Below, piece by piece: positions 34,734 to 44,656 of a DNA stretch of 64,000 nucleotides. The notes under the pieces were generated by a model. The model was not told the DNA's origin. It made no database searches and saw nothing but the letters and a program-made list of their open reading frames with translations. The stretch is from Gemmatimonadota bacterium (GTDB lineage: Bacteria; Gemmatimonadota; Gemmatimonadetes; Gemmatimonadales; GWC2-71-9): the NCBI GenBank assembly GCA_041499375.1, contig JBGQKD010000004.1, positions 1,137 through 65,136 on the forward strand, read 5' to 3'. The first letter of the stretch is position 1, and each line of letters begins with the position of its first letter. The position numbers were made by a program, and so were the translations under genes.

Positions 34734-36100
34734 CGCACTGGCGGTGGAACCGCGATGCCTCCCCGGGGTGCGGTGTCACCGCCCGCCACCGGCAGGCTGT
34801 CACGCATGGAGGCCGGGAGACGCGTCAGCGCGATACGGTCGTGATCCGGTGGAGGCGTGAGCAGCACCCGGTCGTTCTCCTCGAGGCCGCGCACGATTAC
34901 CACTTCGTCGTCGTTCATCGGTCCGGTGATCACTTCCTGTTTCACGATGCGTCCACCGTCCTGGCGATACACGAACGGGATGCCGCCCGCGCTGCTCACC
35001 GCTTCGAGCGGTGCGTACAGCGCTACATTGAGCTTCAGCGTCTCGATCGCGTTCCCCGTCGTCATCCCGGGGCGCAGCGTCGTGTCCGAGCCCTGGACCG
35101 TCACCTTCACCTCGAAAACCTTCGCGTCGGCGTTCGGCCGCTGTTCACCGACGTTCGCGACACTCGCCACGGTTCCGGTGAGGCGCTTGGTAGGATCGGC
35201 ATCCAGCGTGAGTGTCACGGGCTGGCCGACGGCAAGCTTGCGCACGTCGATCTCGTTGACGTATGTGACCGACTCCATTTGCGTGAGGTCCGGCAGCGTG
35301 GCAACACCCGGCTCCCAGGCGTTCACCTGCGAACCGGCCGTGCGCTTGCGGCCGTTCCATTCTTTCACGTAGATCACCATCCCAGGCGCCGGCGCGCGGA
35401 TCGTGAACCCCGCCATCACATCCTGCACGACCTTCAACAGATTGCGCTGCCGCTGGAGATCAGCGCCAACCTCACGCATCTTCGCGCGCGCCTGCTCCGT
35501 CTTGGTCTCGTAGTCCGACCGCGCCTGGGTCAGCGCGCGGTCCGCCCGTTCGTAGTCGATCGCGGCCTGGCGCTGCACCGTCGGCGCCTCGTAGACGGCC
35601 TGCTCCTTGGCGAGACGTTTCTCCTCCAGCGCCAATTCCATCGTGCGAATGTTCTCGCGTGCGGTCGAGAGCGTCAGGGTGGAGTCGAGCATCGCCTGCT
35701 CGTACTGCGCCTCCGCCTTCTGGAGGGCGAGGCGCACCTCGTCCAGCTTGTTCGCCAGGGTCGAGCGGTCGAGCTCCGCGACCACGTCGCCCTGTTTGAC
35801 GATTGTGCCTTCCGGCACGATGGACTGGATCTTCATCTGCCACGCGCCCGCCTGCTGCGCGCCGGCGGGGGCGGTGATTTGCACGAACTGCCGCGCCCGC
35901 AACTCGCCGGAGGTGGTGACCGTGACGGCAAACGGACCGCGCTTGACTCGCGCGACGAGGGAGTTCTCCGGAGCTGCGGGACCCCGCGCCAGCAGCCAGG
36001 CGCTGGGGACGAGAATGGCTGTTCCGATCCCGATCAGTTGCCGCCGAGTGGGACGGAACGCCCGTAGCGTTGCCAGCGAGGGAAGTCGAAGCGCACGCAT
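34730..36100 (-). CDS. HlyD/MacA-type periplasmic adaptor subunit
   Basis: TM anchor, lipoyl/coiled-coil/beta-barrel pattern. GTGA overlap with the permease. GAGG before the ATG. Confidence 0.9.
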   Translation of the reverse strand: MRALRLPSLATLRAFRPTRRQLIGIGTAILVPSAWLLARGPAAPENSLVARVKRGPFAVTVTTSGELRARQFVQITAPAGAQQAGAWQMKIQSIVPEGTIVKQGDVVAELDRSTLANKLDEVRLALQKAEAQYEQAMLDSTLTLSTARENIRTMELALEEKRLAKEQAVYEAPTVQRQAAIDYERADRALTQARSDYETKTEQARAKMREVGADLQRQRNLLKVVQDVMAGFTIRAPAPGMVIYVKEWNGRKRTAGSQVNAWEPGVATLPDLTQMESVTYVNEIDVRKLAVGQPVTLTLDADPTKRLTGTVASVANVGEQRPNADAKVFEVKVTVQGSDTTLRPGMTTGNAIETLKLNVALYAPLEAVSSAGGIPFVYRQDGGRIVKQEVITGPMNDDEVVIVRGLEENDRVLLTPPPDHDRIALTRLPASMRDSLPVAGGDTAPRGGIAVPPPVR

Positions 36101-36168
36101 GGTATTACCTCACGGGGGAGCCGTAAGTTAGACACGATTCAGCCGTTTTCCGTTCCACGCTAGATGGC

Positions 36169-36780
36169 CTACGAGCCGCCGAGCCACCGCGCGACGTCCC
36201 GGCTCCAGGCCGCCTGCCGGTCCGCCAGGAGCCCATGGTTCGTCTCGTCATCGTAACGGCGTTGCTCGGCCTTCTCCTCCTGGGCGAGTCGCTGCGCCAG
36301 GGCGCTCAGCTCCGCATCGGTCTTGGCGCAGGGGCGGGCCAGATCCCCAAACGCCCGCCGCATCCGGCGGGCGTGCACCTCCGCCAGATCGAAATGCGTC
36401 TGTTCGTGGCCCAGGACCGTGTGGCGTTGCGTGCTGTCGTTCAGGACGATCGCCTTGACCCAGGACTGCCGCGGCCGGAATCCGGCAATCACCCGAAACT
36501 CGAACACATCACCTCTGCATTTCCAGCCCGAGTACAGCGTATACGAGATCTTCGCGCCCTCCGCGCCCTCCTAGGGCGGGGACCCCTGGAAGTCCCTCCA
36601 GGCGAGCGGCCGCCCGGCGGACCACGGAAACGCCTGGTCTGCGGCCAGATCGCGCTTCAGCACGTCGTCCAGCGCAACCAGCCTCGAGGGAGCTGGGGCC
36701 GGCCCCCGAGCAGGAGGAGGGACGGCATGACCCGCGCACCCAAGAGCCGCAACGAGCAAGACCGCAAGGCCGAGTCTCAC
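36169..36780 (-). pseudogene. DUF922-family putative metalloprotein (lipoprotein) interrupted by an in-frame TAG
   Basis: ORFs 36571..36780 and 36169..36507 are in the same frame. Read-through gives ..WRDFQGSPP*EGAEGAKISYTLYSGWKCRGDVFEFRV..GHEQTHFD. The TAG is at 36573-36571. Confidence 0.7.
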
Positions 36781-37253
36781 CGGAGGGCTACAATCCGTCC
36801 CCGTGGCGGAATCCCCGCCTCGAGCTCCAAAATCCCGACGCTCGGCGGAATCCCAAACCGGGGCGCGCCTGCGCCACCGGGATTCATCACCGTCACCGTC
36901 TTGTCCACCAGCTCGAGCAGCGGCCGGTGACTGTGCCCAAAGATGATGATCTCGGCGTTGGGAAACGCCTCGTGCAGTTTGGTGGGATTGGGGCTGCCGA
37001 ACTGATCGCCGTGAGTCACGACGATGATAAAACCGTCGAGCTCGATCTCGGCGACCTGCGGCAGCTGCGCCCGCACATCGAAGCCGTCGCTGTTGCCGTA
37101 CACCGCCGTCACCGGTGCGAGCGCCCGCAGCTCGACGAGCAATTCGCTCCGCCCTACGTCGCCACCGTGCAGAATGTGATCGACCTCCTTGAAGATCTCG
37201 AATACCTGCGGCCGCAGCATACCGTGCGTATCCGAGATGATGCCAAGTCTCAC
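36777..37253 (-). CDS. YfcE-family metallophosphoesterase
   Basis: Trimmed to GTG 37253, giving (M)RLGIISDTHG, then HGGD, GNSD, THGD, GHSH. GTGA overlaps on both ends. Confidence 0.88.
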   Translation of the reverse strand: MRLGIISDTHGMLRPQVFEIFKEVDHILHGGDVGRSELLVELRALAPVTAVYGNSDGFDVRAQLPQVAEIELDGFIIVVTHGDQFGSPNPTKLHEAFPNAEIIIFGHSHRPLLELVDKTVTVMNPGGAGAPRFGIPPSVGILELEAGIPPRGRIVALR

Positions 37254-38875
37254 GGCGCCTGCGACGCCGTCACGTAGAAGTTCTCGTCGACGCTCAGCTC
37301 GGCCGCCCGCGGGGAAGCCTCCAGCGTCTGCCACACTTCGGTGGGACGCAGCAGTCGGCTCCCCAATCCCGGAATCTGCGCCCGGACCGGCATATCGAAT
37401 CCCGGGACGACGTTGGCCCAATGATAGGAAAGCGTAGTACCCTGGACACGGAACTCGAACACGGGGATCCTGGTCGTCGTGAGATACTGTGCGAACACTT
37501 TGCTGAGATCGATCCCCGCTTCGCGGCTAATGTAGTACTGCACCTGTTTGCCGGTGACCGTCTGATGGTAGAACGTCTTGTTCAGGCCGCGCAGGATATC
37601 GCGCCACTTGGCGTCGTCGTCGATGATCGCGCGGATCGTGTGCAGCATGTTCCCGCCCTTGGGATACATGTCACCTGATCCCTGCGCGTTCACCCCAAAG
37701 GCGGGGACGACGGGCCGGTCGTTTCGCACGCCGCGGCGCGCGCCGATCATGTAGGCGGCGCCGGCGCTCTTCCCCAAGCGACACTCGGTGTAGATCCCCT
37801 CGGCGTAGTTCGCGAAGCTCTCGTGCAGCCACATGTCGGCGTGATCCTGCGCCGAGATGTTGTTTCCCCACCACTCGTGGGCGCTCTCGTGCACGATGAT
37901 GAAGTCCCACTGCAGGCCGAGTCCCGTGCCCGACAGGTCGCGGCCGAGGTAGCCGTTGAGAAAGTGATTGCCATAGGCGACGGCGCTCTGGTGCTCCATG
38001 CCGAGGTGCGGCGTCTCGACGAGCTTGTAGCCGTCGGCGTACCACGGATAGGGACCGAACCAATGCTCGAAACAGCGCATCAATGGGATCGCCTGCTGAA
38101 ACTGGCGACGGGCCGTGTCGACGTGATAGTCGAGCGGCCAGAAGTCGAGTGTCAGCCGTCCTGCCTCGCCGTTCAGGGTATCGCTGAAGTGCGCGTAGTG
38201 ACCGGCATTGATCGTCACATCGTAGTTGTTGATCGGACTCGTAACGAACCACTCGTAGCTCGTGGTGCCGTCGCGATTCTTCGTCGTGCTCCGCAGCCGG
38301 CCGTTCGAGACGTCGACCAGCGGATCGGGCACCGTGATCGCGATGCGCTGGCTGTCCGGCTCGTCGGCGAGATAATCCTTGTTGGGCCACCACACGCTGG
38401 CGCCCAATCCTTCGTTCGCTGTCGCGATCCACGGCCGGCCGAGGCTGTCGGTCGGGAATGTGAATCCGCCATCCCACGGCAGCCGCCGGCCGACTCGGGG
38501 CTTGCCGTGATACCACACGGTAATCGTACGCGCCTCGCCGGGACGCTGCCGCGCGGTCAACGTCACGAAGAACGCGTTGCCCCCCCCGTCACGCCGGTAG
38601 GTGAGCTTGCGGCGGTCCTGCACGATGCTGTCCACCACGAGCGGCTGCTGGAGGTCGATCTGCATCTCGCGCGCCGTCTGAAGCACGCGATAGGTGATCC
38701 CGTTCCACCCGACGATGCTGGAATCCTGCAGGTTCACGCGCGCGTGCAGGTCGTAGAACTGCACGTCCCACCACGCGCGGGCGGGCCCGTTGGAGCCGCG
38801 GAGCGTATCGGCGTGGGTGTAGTGTGTCGTGTCCTGGGCGACGGCCTGCAGGCAGATCAACACCATCAAGACCAT
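37250..38875 (-). CDS. M1-family zinc aminopeptidase, exported
   Basis: HESAHEWWGN plus WLHESFANY (HEXXH-E18), and a GAMEN-like segment. Confidence 0.9.
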   Translation of the reverse strand: MVLMVLICLQAVAQDTTHYTHADTLRGSNGPARAWWDVQFYDLHARVNLQDSSIVGWNGITYRVLQTAREMQIDLQQPLVVDSIVQDRRKLTYRRDGGGNAFFVTLTARQRPGEARTITVWYHGKPRVGRRLPWDGGFTFPTDSLGRPWIATANEGLGASVWWPNKDYLADEPDSQRIAITVPDPLVDVSNGRLRSTTKNRDGTTSYEWFVTSPINNYDVTINAGHYAHFSDTLNGEAGRLTLDFWPLDYHVDTARRQFQQAIPLMRCFEHWFGPYPWYADGYKLVETPHLGMEHQSAVAYGNHFLNGYLGRDLSGTGLGLQWDFIIVHESAHEWWGNNISAQDHADMWLHESFANYAEGIYTECRLGKSAGAAYMIGARRGVRNDRPVVPAFGVNAQGSGDMYPKGGNMLHTIRAIIDDDAKWRDILRGLNKTFYHQTVTGKQVQYYISREAGIDLSKVFAQYLTTTRIPVFEFRVQGTTLSYHWANVVPGFDMPVRAQIPGLGSRLLRPTEVWQTLEASPRAAELSVDENFYVTASQAP

Positions 38876-39294
38876 AGAAAGACTCGCTCTCCTTTGAACT
38901 TCTTAAGACGCGGATCCCACGGGAAAAAGATCACAACGCGAAACTCGACCTTCGCAGCGGTCGGCGCGTGCGAGAGCCATTTCCCTCTTTGCGTTCCAGT
39001 CACGATCGCCTCTTCGCACACGCCCTGCGGTCCGATCACGATCTGCTGCAGATCGAAGTGGATGTCGGGAATGGCACCGAGTAGCTCAATGTAGAACCGC
39101 GTTGCCCCGGCGTGCCCTTCCCACCGCGCGCCCGCCTCGCCGACGACCTCGTAGACGCAGTCTGGGGTCAGCGTCGCGATCAGCCCGGCGATGTCGCGCT
39201 TGTCCTCCGCAATCGAATGCGCCTTCCACAGCTTGCGGATCTCGCGATACAGCTCCGGCGTCACCTCGCGCCCGAGCAGCTCCCGGACGTCCAC
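38866..39294 (-). CDS. SnoaL/NTF2-like fold protein
   Basis: 142 aa; pattern typical of ester-cyclase/SnoaL-like proteins (DIAGLIATLTPDCVYE..FYIELLGAIPD). Confidence 0.65.
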   Translation of the reverse strand: MDVRELLGREVTPELYREIRKLWKAHSIAEDKRDIAGLIATLTPDCVYEVVGEAGARWEGHAGATRFYIELLGAIPDIHFDLQQIVIGPQGVCEEAIVTGTQRGKWLSHAPTAAKVEFRVVIFFPWDPRLKKFKGERVFLWS

Positions 39295-39296
39295 CG

Positions 39297-39887
39297 TCAG
39301 CCTTGCCAGGGTTTGATCAACTGAATCTCGAGCCCAAGCTGATCGACGATACGCTGCACGATGAAGTCGACCAGCTGGCCAATCTCTTTGGGCCGCTGAT
39401 AGAACCCTGGTGCCGCCGGCATCACGACCGCGCCCGCTTCGGTCGCCAGCGCCATGTTGCGCAGATGTATGAGCGAGAGCGGTGTCTCCCGAGGGACGAG
39501 GATGAGCTTGCGCCGTTCCTTCAGCGTCACGTCAGCGGCACGCTCGATGAGTGAGCGGCTCGTACCATGCGCGATCGCGGCCAACGTGCCCATCGAACAT
39601 GGGCACACCACCATCCCCAGCGTTTTCACCGATCCCGACGCCGGTTGGGCGCCGCGGTCTGAGTCATTGAACACGCGCACGCACCCCCAATCGCCGCCCG
39701 TCGCCTGCCTCAGCCCGGCTTCGTCCTTGATGCCGCACTCCTCGGCGAGCAGGCGCCAGCCATGCGCGGACACCATCAGCCACGTGGGAAGGTGATTGCT
39801 CGCGAGAGTCTCGAGCAGTCGCACCGCGTACGGCGCGCCTGACGCACCGGTGATCGCAAAGACGACGGGAGGAGATGAATCTGACAC
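39297..39887 (-). CDS. ubiX: flavin prenyltransferase UbiX
   Basis: VVFAITGASGAPYAVRLLE, VCPCSMGTLAAIAHG. Confidence 0.93.
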   Translation of the reverse strand: MSDSSPPVVFAITGASGAPYAVRLLETLASNHLPTWLMVSAHGWRLLAEECGIKDEAGLRQATGGDWGCVRVFNDSDRGAQPASGSVKTLGMVVCPCSMGTLAAIAHGTSRSLIERAADVTLKERRKLILVPRETPLSLIHLRNMALATEAGAVVMPAAPGFYQRPKEIGQLVDFIVQRIVDQLGLEIQLIKPWQG

Positions 39888-39965
39888 GGCCCGAATAATA
39901 CCCTCTGGCCAGAGCCCTCGCGCGCGCGTTAATTCGAACTATTCCATCACTGCGCTGAGGCTCTG

Positions 39966-42116
39966 ATGCCCACTCGTATCCGCTCGCTTGCGCTCGCCCT
40001 TGCGGCCGTTATCCCCGCGACGCTAGTAGGTCAGCAGGCCCCGACGACTTCTCCTGCAGCGCCGGCGCTCACGCCACCCATGGCGGCGGTGCGGCCGCAT
40101 CGCTTCGACGAGCATGGCAACGTGCGCATCGACCAGTACTACTGGCTCAAGGATCGGACTAACCCGGAAGTCATCAAGTACCTGGAGGACGAAAACGCAT
40201 ACACCAAGGCGGTCATGGCGCACACGCAGGCGCTGCAAGACCGCCTGTATGAGGAGTTGAAAGGACGCGTGTTGCAAAACGACCAGTCCGTGCCGTTCCG
40301 CGAGGGCAACTACTTCTACTATACGCGGCTCGTGGAAGGCAAGAACTATCCTATCTACGCCCGCAAGCGCGGCTCGGTCAGCGCTCCCGAAGAGATCATG
40401 ATCGATGCCAACGCGCTCGCCGAGGGGAAGGCGACGTTCCTGATCAGAGCGTGGGAGGTCAGCTCGGGAGAGGACCTGCTCGCGTTCGCCGCCGACACCA
40501 CCGGTGGTCGGGTCAGCTCGATTCGATTCAAGAACCTGCGCACCGGCGAAATGCTGTCCGACGTCGTGCCGCGCTCCATCGGCGGCATCGCCTGGGCCGA
40601 GGACAATCGCACGCTCTTTTACACGAAGCCTGATTCCGTATCCGTGCGACCGTACCAGGTCTATCGTCACCGGCTCGGCACACCGGCGGCGACGGACCAG
40701 ATGGTTTATGAAGACAAGGATGAGACGTATTACGTCGGCGTCTCAAAGACGAAATCGCGCGCGTACATCATGATTCAGTCTTCGCAGACGATGGCGACCG
40801 AGTACTCGTACATCAGGGCCGACCGACCCGACGCGCCGTTCAAGGTCATCATTCCGCGCGAGCGTGGTCATGAATACTTCGCCAATCATTTCGGCGACTA
40901 TTTCTACATCCTCTCCAACGACCATGCGAAGAACTTCCGTCTCATGCGCACGCCCGTGGCGCGGCCGGGGCGCGCCAACTGGGAAGAAGTGATTCCGCAC
41001 CGCGCCGACGTGCTGCTCGAGGACTTCGAGTTCTTCCGCGACTACATGGTCTTGACCGAGCGGAAGGACGGCCTGGTACAGCTGCGCGTGCGTCCGTGGA
41101 GCGGCCAGAACGAGTATTACCTCGACTTCGGCGAGCCGGCGTATCTCGCGTATGTCAGCACCAACCTCGAGTTCGACACGCCCGTGTTGCGCTACGGATA
41201 CACGTCGCTGACGACCCCGGCGTCGACGTACGACTACGACATGAAGACGCGGCAGAGGGTGCTGCTCAAGCGTGATCAGATTCTCGGCGGCTTCGATCCG
41301 GCGAACTACGTGACCGAGCGGTTCTACACGACCGCGCGCGACGGGGCGCGGGTGCCCGTCTCGCTCGTATACCGCAAGGGGATTGCCCGCCCTGCCCCAT
41401 TGCTGCTCACCGGTTACGGGTCGTACGGGTCGAGCTCGGATCCCACGTTCTCGTCGGACCGCGTGTCGTTGCTCGACCGCGGCTTCGTGTTCGCGATCGC
41501 GCACATTCGCGGCGGGTCCGAAATGGGGCGGGCCTGGTACGAAAACGGTCGGCAGCTCCAGAAGAAGAACACGTTCACCGATTTCATCGACGTCGCGGAC
41601 GATCTGATCCGTCGCGGCTACACGTCCTCGAATCGCCTGTTTGCGCGTGGGGCCAGCGCGGGTGGGCTCCTCATGGGCGCGGTCGTCAACATGCGGCCGG
41701 AGCTGTTCCGGGGAGTCATCGCGGGCGTACCGTACGTCGACGTCATCACCACCATGTCGGACTCCACGATTCCGTTGACGACCGGGGAATACGATGAGTG
41801 GGGCAACCCGCACGACTCGACCTTTTACCGGTACATGTTGTCCTACTCACCCTATGACAACGTCGAGCCGAAGGCGTATCCAAACCTGCTGATCACGGCG
41901 GGCCTGTACGACACGCAGGTCCTGTATGTCGAGCCGGCGAAATGGACCGCTCGGCTCCGTGCGATGAAGACCGATAACAACCGTTTGATCCTGCGGACGA
42001 ATATGGAAGCGGGGCATGGCGGCGCGTCGGGCCGCTACAAGCGCTGGCACGACGTGGCGTTTGAGTATGCGTTCTTGCTGGATCTCGCCGGCTTGGGAGA
42101 CAAGTCTACTCCCTGA
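39966..42116 (+). CDS. ptrB: S9A prolyl-oligopeptidase family, oligopeptidase B-like
   Basis: Signal peptide, beta-propeller, then catalytic GASAGGLL and EAGHGG. Confidence 0.9.
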   Translation: MPTRIRSLALALAAVIPATLVGQQAPTTSPAAPALTPPMAAVRPHRFDEHGNVRIDQYYWLKDRTNPEVIKYLEDENAYTKAVMAHTQALQDRLYEELKGRVLQNDQSVPFREGNYFYYTRLVEGKNYPIYARKRGSVSAPEEIMIDANALAEGKATFLIRAWEVSSGEDLLAFAADTTGGRVSSIRFKNLRTGEMLSDVVPRSIGGIAWAEDNRTLFYTKPDSVSVRPYQVYRHRLGTPAATDQMVYEDKDETYYVGVSKTKSRAYIMIQSSQTMATEYSYIRADRPDAPFKVIIPRERGHEYFANHFGDYFYILSNDHAKNFRLMRTPVARPGRANWEEVIPHRADVLLEDFEFFRDYMVLTERKDGLVQLRVRPWSGQNEYYLDFGEPAYLAYVSTNLEFDTPVLRYGYTSLTTPASTYDYDMKTRQRVLLKRDQILGGFDPANYVTERFYTTARDGARVPVSLVYRKGIARPAPLLLTGYGSYGSSSDPTFSSDRVSLLDRGFVFAIAHIRGGSEMGRAWYENGRQLQKKNTFTDFIDVADDLIRRGYTSSNRLFARGASAGGLLMGAVVNMRPELFRGVIAGVPYVDVITTMSDSTIPLTTGEYDEWGNPHDSTFYRYMLSYSPYDNVEPKAYPNLLITAGLYDTQVLYVEPAKWTARLRAMKTDNNRLILRTNMEAGHGGASGRYKRWHDVAFEYAFLLDLAGLGDKSTP

Positions 42117-42291
42117 CTCCCTAGCGCCCGCGGCGGTTCGGTGTGGGAGAGCGTTTGGGATGAGCTGGTGGGCGCGGAGGATGCACGCGTGGCGTTTGGC
42201 GTGCGGCGTGTGGCGTTGCACGGAGAGGTCGCGTGCGCGAACGACCTTTCCTAGACACGCCGCGCGCCCCACGCACCACACCGCACGTGGT

Positions 42292-43191
42292 TCACAGCAC
42301 CCGTTCTATCAGAGCACCCAGAAACACGACGATACTGACGATCCCATTCGCCGTGAAAAAGGCCGCATTCAGCCGCGACAGATCGCCAGGCCGCACCAAC
42401 TGGTGCTCCCAGGCGATCAGCCCTGCCCCGATTCCCACGCCGACGAAATAGGCGATCCCCAGGCCCGCACCGTACCCGAACGCGATGAGCGCCGCGATGG
42501 CGATGCCATGCAACAGCTTCGCGACGAAGATGGCCCGCGCCTGTCCCAGCCGCACGACCAGCGAGCGCAACCGCTCGGCGCGATCGAAGGCTTCATCCTG
42601 CAGCGCGTAGAAGATGTCGAACCCCGCGACCCAGCAGGTGACCGCCAGCGCGATCACCAATAGCAGCCACCACGGCTCGCTCCAGGCGCCCGTGATGGCG
42701 ACATAACCGCCGACCGGGGCAATCGCGAGCGCGCCGCCGAGCCACAGATGCGTCCAGTCCGTGAATCGCTTCGTGTAGCTGTACGTCGCAATCCAGATGA
42801 GGGCGACCGGCGCGAGCGCGGCGCACAACGGATTCAGCGCCCACGCCGCGAAGAGGAAGATGACCATTGCGCTGAGCACGGCGGCCCACGCCTGGCTGAT
42901 CGTCAGGCGGCCACTCGGTAACTCGCGGCCCTGGGTGCGCGGGTTTCTGGCGTCGAGGCGGCGGTCCGCGATGCGATTGAAGCCCATCGCGACGAAACGG
43001 GCCGCCGTGAACGCCACGATGACGAGGATCGCGACGCGCCACGTCACCGGCTGCGTGTATGACGCGACGATCACGCCCAGCAGCGCAAAGGGAAGCGCGA
43101 AGATCGTATGCGGGAGTTTGACGAAGTTTACGTAACGGACGAAGAGTGACTCGCCGCCAAAGGTCTGACCTTCGCGCCGCTCAGAGCTCAA
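42292..43191 (-). CDS. ubiA: UbiA-family aromatic prenyltransferase
   Basis: Trimmed to TTG 43191. FVKLPHTIFALPFALLG, NRIADRRLD and D-rich motifs, nine TM-like segments. Confidence 0.85.
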   Translation of the reverse strand: MSSERREGQTFGGESLFVRYVNFVKLPHTIFALPFALLGVIVASYTQPVTWRVAILVIVAFTAARFVAMGFNRIADRRLDARNPRTQGRELPSGRLTISQAWAAVLSAMVIFLFAAWALNPLCAALAPVALIWIATYSYTKRFTDWTHLWLGGALAIAPVGGYVAITGAWSEPWWLLLVIALAVTCWVAGFDIFYALQDEAFDRAERLRSLVVRLGQARAIFVAKLLHGIAIAALIAFGYGAGLGIAYFVGVGIGAGLIAWEHQLVRPGDLSRLNAAFFTANGIVSIVVFLGALIERVL

Positions 43192-44656
43192 TCCCGAGCT
43201 CCTTCCACATCTCGTCCACTCTCTGTTTCGTTGCCGGATCCATGACGATCTTGTTCGGCCATTCGCGGGTGAAGCCTTCTTCCTTCCACTTCCGCGTCGC
43301 GTCGATTCCCATCTTCGAGCCGTACGTGAAGCCGCGGCTGGAGTGATCGAGCACGTCGATCGGCCCCATGGTGAAGCGCACGTCACGCTCGGGATCGATG
43401 TGGTTGAGCGCGACCCACCAGGCCTCCTTGGGATCGCGCACGTTGACGTCCTTGTCGACGACGACGATCACTTTGGCCAGCGACATCAGTCCCTGCCCCC
43501 ACAGGCCGCTCATCACCTTGTACGCCTGGCCCGGGTACTGCTTGTCGATGCTCACGAACACCAGGTTGTGAAAGATCCCCTCGGCCGGCATGTGCAGGTC
43601 CACGATCTCGGGGATCGTGAGCTTGAGCAGCGGCAGAAAAATCCGTTCGGTCGCATGGCCGAGGTAGTAGTCCTCCATCGGGGGACGGCCCACGATCGTG
43701 TGCGGCCAGATGGGATCGTCGCGCAAGGTCACGGCGGTAACGTGTACCTTCGGGTAGTAGTCGGCGAGCGAGTAGAACCCGGTGTGGTCACCGAACGGCC
43801 CCTCGAGTACCAGCTCTTCGCGCGGATCGATGTAGCCTTCGATCACGATTTCCGCTTCCGCGGGGACTTCGAGATCCGAGGTCACCGCCTTGGCGAGACG
43901 CACCGGCTCCCCCCGCAGGAAGCCGGCGAACAGATACTCGTCGATCGTCGGCGGCAGCGGAGCCGACGCGGCATAGACGCTGGCAGGATCTCCGCCCAGC
44001 GCGATCGCCACCGGCATCTTCTCCCCGCGCTCCGCCATCGTGCGCCAGTGCGCCGCGCCAACTTTGTGACGCTGCCAGTGCATCGCCAGCGTGTTCTTGG
44101 TGAGGACCTGGACGCGGTACATCCCGACGTTCCGGACACCGGACGCCGGATCGCGCGTAATGACTCCTCCGAGGGTGATATACGGCCCGCCGTCCTCGGG
44201 CCAGCAGATCGGCACCGGGAACTGGGCGAGGTCGACCTCCGATTCCTCGATCACCGTATTCTGGCAGGCGGGGCGGCCGACGGTCTTGGGGGGGAACTTC
44301 GCGATCTCCGCGAGCCGCGGCAGCATCGCGAGCTTGGCGAGCAGGCCTTCGGGCACCTTGAGGGCGAGCAGCTCGGCGATGCGCCCGCCGACGTGGTCGA
44401 GGCACTCGACGCCGAGGGCCAGCGACATGCGCCGTTCCGAGCCGAAGAGATTGACCGCCACCGGATACCGCGACTTCCCGCCGCCGCGCAGCGTCGGTTG
44501 TGCGAACAGCAGCGCGGGCCCACCGCCGGGCGACTTCATGCAGCGATCGGCGACTTCCGTGATTTCCTTGTCCACCGACACCGGGCGCGCCACCCGTGTG
44601 AGGTCGCCGGTCTTGTCGATCGCGGCGACGAACTCCCGCAGGTTATCGAGTGCCAT
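43181..44656 (-). CDS. ubiD: UbiD-family (prenyl-FMN dependent) decarboxylase
   Basis: LREFVAAIDKTGDL, GMYRVQV, FGDHTGFY. Confidence 0.93.
   Translation of the reverse strand: MALDNLREFVAAIDKTGDLTRVARPVSVDKEITEVADRCMKSPGGGPALLFAQPTLRGGGKSRYPVAVNLFGSERRMSLALGVECLDHVGGRIAELLALKVPEGLLAKLAMLPRLAEIAKFPPKTVGRPACQNTVIEESEVDLAQFPVPICWPEDGGPYITLGGVITRDPASGVRNVGMYRVQVLTKNTLAMHWQRHKVGAAHWRTMAERGEKMPVAIALGGDPASVYAASAPLPPTIDEYLFAGFLRGEPVRLAKAVTSDLEVPAEAEIVIEGYIDPREELVLEGPFGDHTGFYSLADYYPKVHVTAVTLRDDPIWPHTIVGRPPMEDYYLGHATERIFLPLLKLTIPEIVDLHMPAEGIFHNLVFVSIDKQYPGQAYKVMSGLWGQGLMSLAKVIVVVDKDVNVRDPKEAWWVALNHIDPERDVRFTMGPIDVLDHSSRGFTYGSKMGIDATRKWKEEGFTREWPNKIVMDPATKQRVDEMWKELGIEL

Noticed and set aside
36131-36156. 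ECF-type promoter-like motif GGAAC-N15-CGTGTC (minus strand) upstream of the efflux adaptor gene.
   Set aside because: The spacer is shorter than the 16-17 nt I would expect. There is a single occurrence with no comparative support, which is insufficient evidence.
42117-42291. 175-nt convergent intergenic region with GGCGT-rich direct repeats and imperfect long-range complementarity. It might be a bidirectional terminator or a small RNA.
   Set aside because: I could not define a clean stem-loop or U-tract by eye, and the repeats are short and degenerate.
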